A stretch of 64,000 nucleotides of DNA from a bacterium (GTDB lineage Bacteria; Actinomycetota; Coriobacteriia; Coriobacteriales; Atopobiaceae): the NCBI GenBank assembly GCA_963605405.1, contig CAVCUP010000011.1:11270-75269 (forward strand), given 5' to 3'. Each line of letters begins with the position of its first letter. Position 1 is the stretch's first letter. This document shows positions 60,411 to 64,000 of this stretch, piece by piece. A model generated the notes under the pieces. The model was not told the origin of the DNA and did no database searches. It saw nothing but the letters and a program-made list of their open reading frames with translations. A program made the translations under genes and the position numbers.

Positions 60411-63400
60411 CTACTCCGCAGACTTGAGGGCGCCGACCATGTCGATACGGTCGAGGCTGCGGTTGGTCATGGCGTTGACCATGAGCGTGAAGGCAAAGGC
60501 CAGGGCCGCAGCGATCACATAGGTAGGCCAGGCAACGATGGTGTCGAAGTAGAGCGACGGCATCTTAAGCACGTACGTCAAGCTGCGCGTGAGCGCATAG
60601 CCCGCCGGAAGGCCCGCGAGGATGCCGATCCCGGTAAGGATGAGGGTTTCTTTATTGATGTAGACATGAACCTCGGGGCGCAGGAAGCCGAGCACCTTGA
60701 TGGTGGCCAGTTCGCGCTCGCGCTCGGATATGTTCGTGTTCGAGAGCGTGAAGACCACGGTGAACGCGAGCGCCGCCGCCAGAACAATGACCACGTAGAC
60801 GACCGTGTTGATGAGCGTGAAGGACGTCGAGAAGTCGCGCACGAGCTTGGCCGTCGAGGTCACAGAGAGCAGGCGCGCGTCATCGGCGAGGCCGTCGCAG
60901 AACTCGATCTGGGCCGTATCGTCGCCGGAAAGCGTGGCGAGAAGACCGTTTTGCTCGGGCTTCTCGCCAAAGCAAGCCTCGTAGGCGGACTCACTCATAT
61001 ACATGGAGTTGCCCAGGTAGTTCATGGCAATGCCCGCGACCTCGACGTCGGCCTCGGCGAGCGTCGCGTCCTGGACATGGACAACGTCGCCCGCGGCAAA
61101 GCCCAGGACCTGCTCGGCGTTCTTTGTGATGAGGCAACCGGACTCGCCCACGGCAAGAGGCGCGCCGGAATCGTCCGCGAGGCCCACGTAGGCAGAAAGG
61201 TCGCAGCCGTCGGGCACGACGTAGAGGGTGACCGACTCCGAGGAGTCGCCGAAGCTCGCGGTGAGGCTGTCGACGCGGAGCCGCTGGATGGAGCCGACGC
61301 CCGAGCCGGCATCAAAGTCGGCGGCCACCGCGTCCAGGTCGTCGGCATTCGTCACGGCCATAAGGTCGTAGCGCAGGACGCCCGCCTGGCCGTATTGGCG
61401 GTCGGAGAGCGAAATCACGGTATCGCGGATGCCGAACCCGCAGATAAGAAGGGCCACGCAGCCGGCGATGCCGAAGACCGTCATGAGGAAGCGGCGCTTG
61501 TAGCGGAAGATGTTGCGCGCCGCCACCTTGTTCAGGAACGAGAGGCGGCTCCAGAGGGGCGTGATGCGCTCGAGCAGGATGCGGCTGCCGGCCTTAGGCG
61601 CCTTGGGCCGCATGAGCGAGGCGGGCGCCTCACGCAGCTCGCCCACGCAGGTGGCGACGGTCGCGCCCACGATGCCGGCGGCAAAGAGGGCAATGGCGAC
61701 CACGGCATAGACGACGTCGAGATGGTAGGTGAACGCAGGCAACGCGTACATGGTCGAGAAGATGGTGAAGATGATGGCCGGCAGCACGACGAAGCCCACG
61801 AAGTCACCGATAAGCCCGCCGACCAGGCACGCAGCACCCGCATAGCTCACGTACTTGGAGAGGATGCGGCCGCGCGAGTAGCCGAGCGCCTTGTACAGGC
61901 CGATGAGGCCGCGCTCCTCCTCCACCATGCGCGTCATCGTGGTAAGGCTGATGAGCACCGCGACCACAAAAAAGACGACGGGCAGGACCGTGCCGAGGAC
62001 CTCGATGCACGAGGCGTCGGACTCGACGGAGGCATAGCTCGCGAGGTCGCCGCGGTCCTGCACGTACCAGGCGGCGTCCTCGACGTCGGCGACCTTGGCG
62101 CGGGCATCGGCGATCTTCTCGGCGGCCTCGGCGCGCTTGGAGTCGAGCGTGGCCTGAGCGTCGGCGAGCTCGGAGGCGCCGTCGGCGAGCTCGGCCTCGC
62201 TCTCGAGGATGGTCCTGCGGGCATCGGCGATCTGCTCGGCCGCCGAATCGCGGTTCTCGTTGAGGGTCTCTTGGGCGGCATCGAGCTGGGCCGCGGAGTC
62301 GTTCAGCTGCTGCCGGGCGGCCATGAGCTGGTCGCGCTTGGCGTTGAGGTCGGCGAGCTGAGCCTCGAGGCCCGAGACGACCTCAGCGATGCCGGCATCG
62401 ACCTGGGCGGCCACGGACTCGGACTGCTCGGCCCATGCCTGGGCCTTGGCTGCGGACTCGGCCTCCTCGGAGAGCTGGGAGAGCTGCGCCTCAAGCGCGG
62501 CGCGCTGCTCGGCGTAGCCCTCGGCGGCGGGGTCGAGAGCCGCGATGGCCTCTTCGACCTGCGCGCGGTTCTGCGCGAACTGCTGGGCAACGGCGTCCTC
62601 GACCTGCTGCTTGGCGGCCTCGAACTGGCCGTCGCGCGCCCCGCGGGCCTGCTCTATGCCGGCCTCGATCTGCGCGATACCGCTTGTGAGCTGCGCCTCG
62701 TTTGAGTCGAGCTCCGCGCGACCGGACTCGATCTGTGCCCAGCCGTCGTCGATCTGCTGTTGGGCGTCGGCGAGCTGCTCGTTGGCTGAGGCCTCCTGGT
62801 CTGCGAGCTCCTTCTTGCCGTCAGCGAGCTGGCGTGCGCCGTCGTCGAGCTCGGCCTGGGCATCGTCGAGCTCTTTCTGGCCGTCGGAGAGCTTCTCGTT
62901 GGCGGTCGCCTCGGCGTCGTCGATGGTCGCGTTCGCGTCGTCACGGATGCCCTGGGCGCGGGCGGCCTGACGCTCCTCGCGCACGTCCTCGACCCGCTGC
63001 TTGACGGCGTCGACCGCGCGCTCGTACTCGCCCGAGTAGCAAAGCGGAGCCTCTGCGCCAGAAACGGCCAGGTAGACCACGGTGTAGGGCTCGATCTCGA
63101 CGTTGTCGTCGGTTACAAAGAAGGTATACTGCGCCCCACCGCTCGAGCGGAACGACATCGTGCCCTCGCCGGCGTTCACGTCCTGCGGGTCGAGCACGAC
63201 GGCGCTGATTCGGTATTCCTTACGGGTAAAGACCGCGGTGTCGGTAGAAGCAGAGTCGGCGTCGACGTCAACATCCACGTCGACGTCGATGTCGGTTTCG
63301 TCATCGGCATTGGAACCCGCACCGGAGTCGGCCGGCTCGGCGTCCGCATCGGCGTCCGCATTCTCGCCGGCACCCGCGTCGGCCTCGCTGCGGAAGCTCA

Positions 63401-63860
63401 CCGCATCTCCGACACCGAGCCCCGCTTCTTGCGCATAACGCCTGGTCACGGCCACCTCGTCCGCGGACTCAGGCAGCGAGCCCTCCAAGACGAGCGGCTC
63501 GTTCAGACCCTTGCGGGAAAGCGCGCGGACCTCCGCTTTGGCTGAGCCGGACCCGACGGTGGTGTAGACCGTCTCGCTCCAGCCGCCCTCGGCCGCGCCC
63601 ACCCCTTCCAGGCCCGCGAGCGCGGCCACGTCGTCGTCCGTAAGGCCAAGCGTGGACTGCACGCGAATGTCAAAGAGCCGCTGCGCATCAAAGAACTCGT
63701 CGGCCGAGTAGCGCAGGTCCAGGCAAGAAGCGCGCAGGCCCACGAGCATCGTCGCCCCCAGCGCGCAGATGACGGCAAGGGCCACAAAGCGCTTGAGGGT
63801 ACCGCGTACTGTTCGAATGGTGCCCAGGTTAAAGGCCTTGTTCGAGGTTCTTCTTGCCAT
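60411..63860 (-). CDS. FtsX/MacB-type ABC transporter permease with a very large extracytoplasmic coiled-coil domain
   Basis: 1149 aa. An N-terminal TM segment is followed by a roughly 600-aa exported region with an acidic DADADAE/DIDVDVDVDVD stretch and long Q/A/E/L-rich heptad-like repeats. Two FtsX-type 4-TM blocks follow. Confidence 0.85.
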   Translation of the reverse strand: MARRTSNKAFNLGTIRTVRGTLKRFVALAVICALGATMLVGLRASCLDLRYSADEFFDAQRLFDIRVQSTLGLTDDDVAALAGLEGVGAAEGGWSETVYTTVGSGSAKAEVRALSRKGLNEPLVLEGSLPESADEVAVTRRYAQEAGLGVGDAVSFRSEADAGAGENADADADAEPADSGAGSNADDETDIDVDVDVDVDADSASTDTAVFTRKEYRISAVVLDPQDVNAGEGTMSFRSSGGAQYTFFVTDDNVEIEPYTVVYLAVSGAEAPLCYSGEYERAVDAVKQRVEDVREERQAARAQGIRDDANATIDDAEATANEKLSDGQKELDDAQAELDDGARQLADGKKELADQEASANEQLADAQQQIDDGWAQIESGRAELDSNEAQLTSGIAQIEAGIEQARGARDGQFEAAKQQVEDAVAQQFAQNRAQVEEAIAALDPAAEGYAEQRAALEAQLSQLSEEAESAAKAQAWAEQSESVAAQVDAGIAEVVSGLEAQLADLNAKRDQLMAARQQLNDSAAQLDAAQETLNENRDSAAEQIADARRTILESEAELADGASELADAQATLDSKRAEAAEKIADARAKVADVEDAAWYVQDRGDLASYASVESDASCIEVLGTVLPVVFFVVAVLISLTTMTRMVEEERGLIGLYKALGYSRGRILSKYVSYAGAACLVGGLIGDFVGFVVLPAIIFTIFSTMYALPAFTYHLDVVYAVVAIALFAAGIVGATVATCVGELREAPASLMRPKAPKAGSRILLERITPLWSRLSFLNKVAARNIFRYKRRFLMTVFGIAGCVALLICGFGIRDTVISLSDRQYGQAGVLRYDLMAVTNADDLDAVAADFDAGSGVGSIQRLRVDSLTASFGDSSESVTLYVVPDGCDLSAYVGLADDSGAPLAVGESGCLITKNAEQVLGFAAGDVVHVQDATLAEADVEVAGIAMNYLGNSMYMSESAYEACFGEKPEQNGLLATLSGDDTAQIEFCDGLADDARLLSVTSTAKLVRDFSTSFTLINTVVYVVIVLAAALAFTVVFTLSNTNISERERELATIKVLGFLRPEVHVYINKETLILTGIGILAGLPAGYALTRSLTYVLKMPSLYFDTIVAWPTYVIAAALAFAFTLMVNAMTNRSLDRIDMVGALKSAE

Positions 63861-63863
63861 GGG

Positions 63864-64000
63864 TTACCACTCGATCTGGGCGATGGGAAGCGGATTGTCG
63901 TTGACGCTCATCTCGGTCACGCGGCCGCTCTTGAAGCGGATGAGGCGGTCGGCCATGTCCGCGAGCGCCGCGTTGTGCGTGACGATGACCACGGTGATGC
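63864..64000 (-). CDS. ABC transporter ATP-binding protein (MacB/LolD-like), C-terminal fragment
   Basis: My own reverse-complement translation gives ...ITVVIVTHNAALADMADRLIRFKSGRVTEMSVNDNPLPIAQIEW*. The H-loop THN is present. The stop is 3 nt upstream of the permease start. Confidence 0.8.
   Translation of the reverse strand, partial: ITVVIVTHNAALADMADRLIRFKSGRVTEMSVNDNPLPIAQIEW

Overview
This is a high-G+C actinobacterial chromosome segment. Its gene content (multi-pass membrane LuxR regulator, reverse rubrerythrin, PurO-type IMP cyclohydrolase, YfhO, many ECF/ABC importers) suggests an anaerobic Coriobacteriia-like organism, but that is inference only. Most of the window is a minus-strand housekeeping backbone: guaA, ychF, groES-groEL, nadE, a tsaB-rimI-tsaD fusion, tsaE, udg, alr, nnr, acpS, glmM, rplM-rpsI, tmRNA, asnS, pyrE and a split purO/purH.

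Accessory blocks interrupt that backbone:
- A type I R-M operon at the left edge (RHH gene, hsdM, hsdS, DUF1016). The second target-recognition domain of hsdS is visibly low in G+C and is bracketed by 49-bp repeats.
- A 1558-aa surface protein gene.
- A lower-G+C island at 18150-24238 with a double-module membrane LuxR and a five-gene, translationally coupled ABC module.
- A GT2 / YdjC-deacetylase / YfhO envelope-glycosylation cluster.

The most interesting signals are outside the ORF track:
1. A 20-codon leader ORF with three consecutive Trp codons plus an intrinsic terminator sits in front of an ECF transporter operon carrying two TrpP-like S components.
2. A ZTP (pfl) riboswitch, with a compensatory pseudoknot change, sits in front of purO plus an AICARFT-only purH.
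3. A complete sortase sorting signal lies inside the giant surface-protein ORF and is followed directly by a second signal peptide.
4. Three unrelated long palindromic, MITE-like intergenic elements and a strictly 10-bp-phased TTAG array are present.

I saw no CRISPR array, rRNA or tRNA. Most long plus/minus 'shadow' ORFs in the track are antisense artefacts of high G+C.
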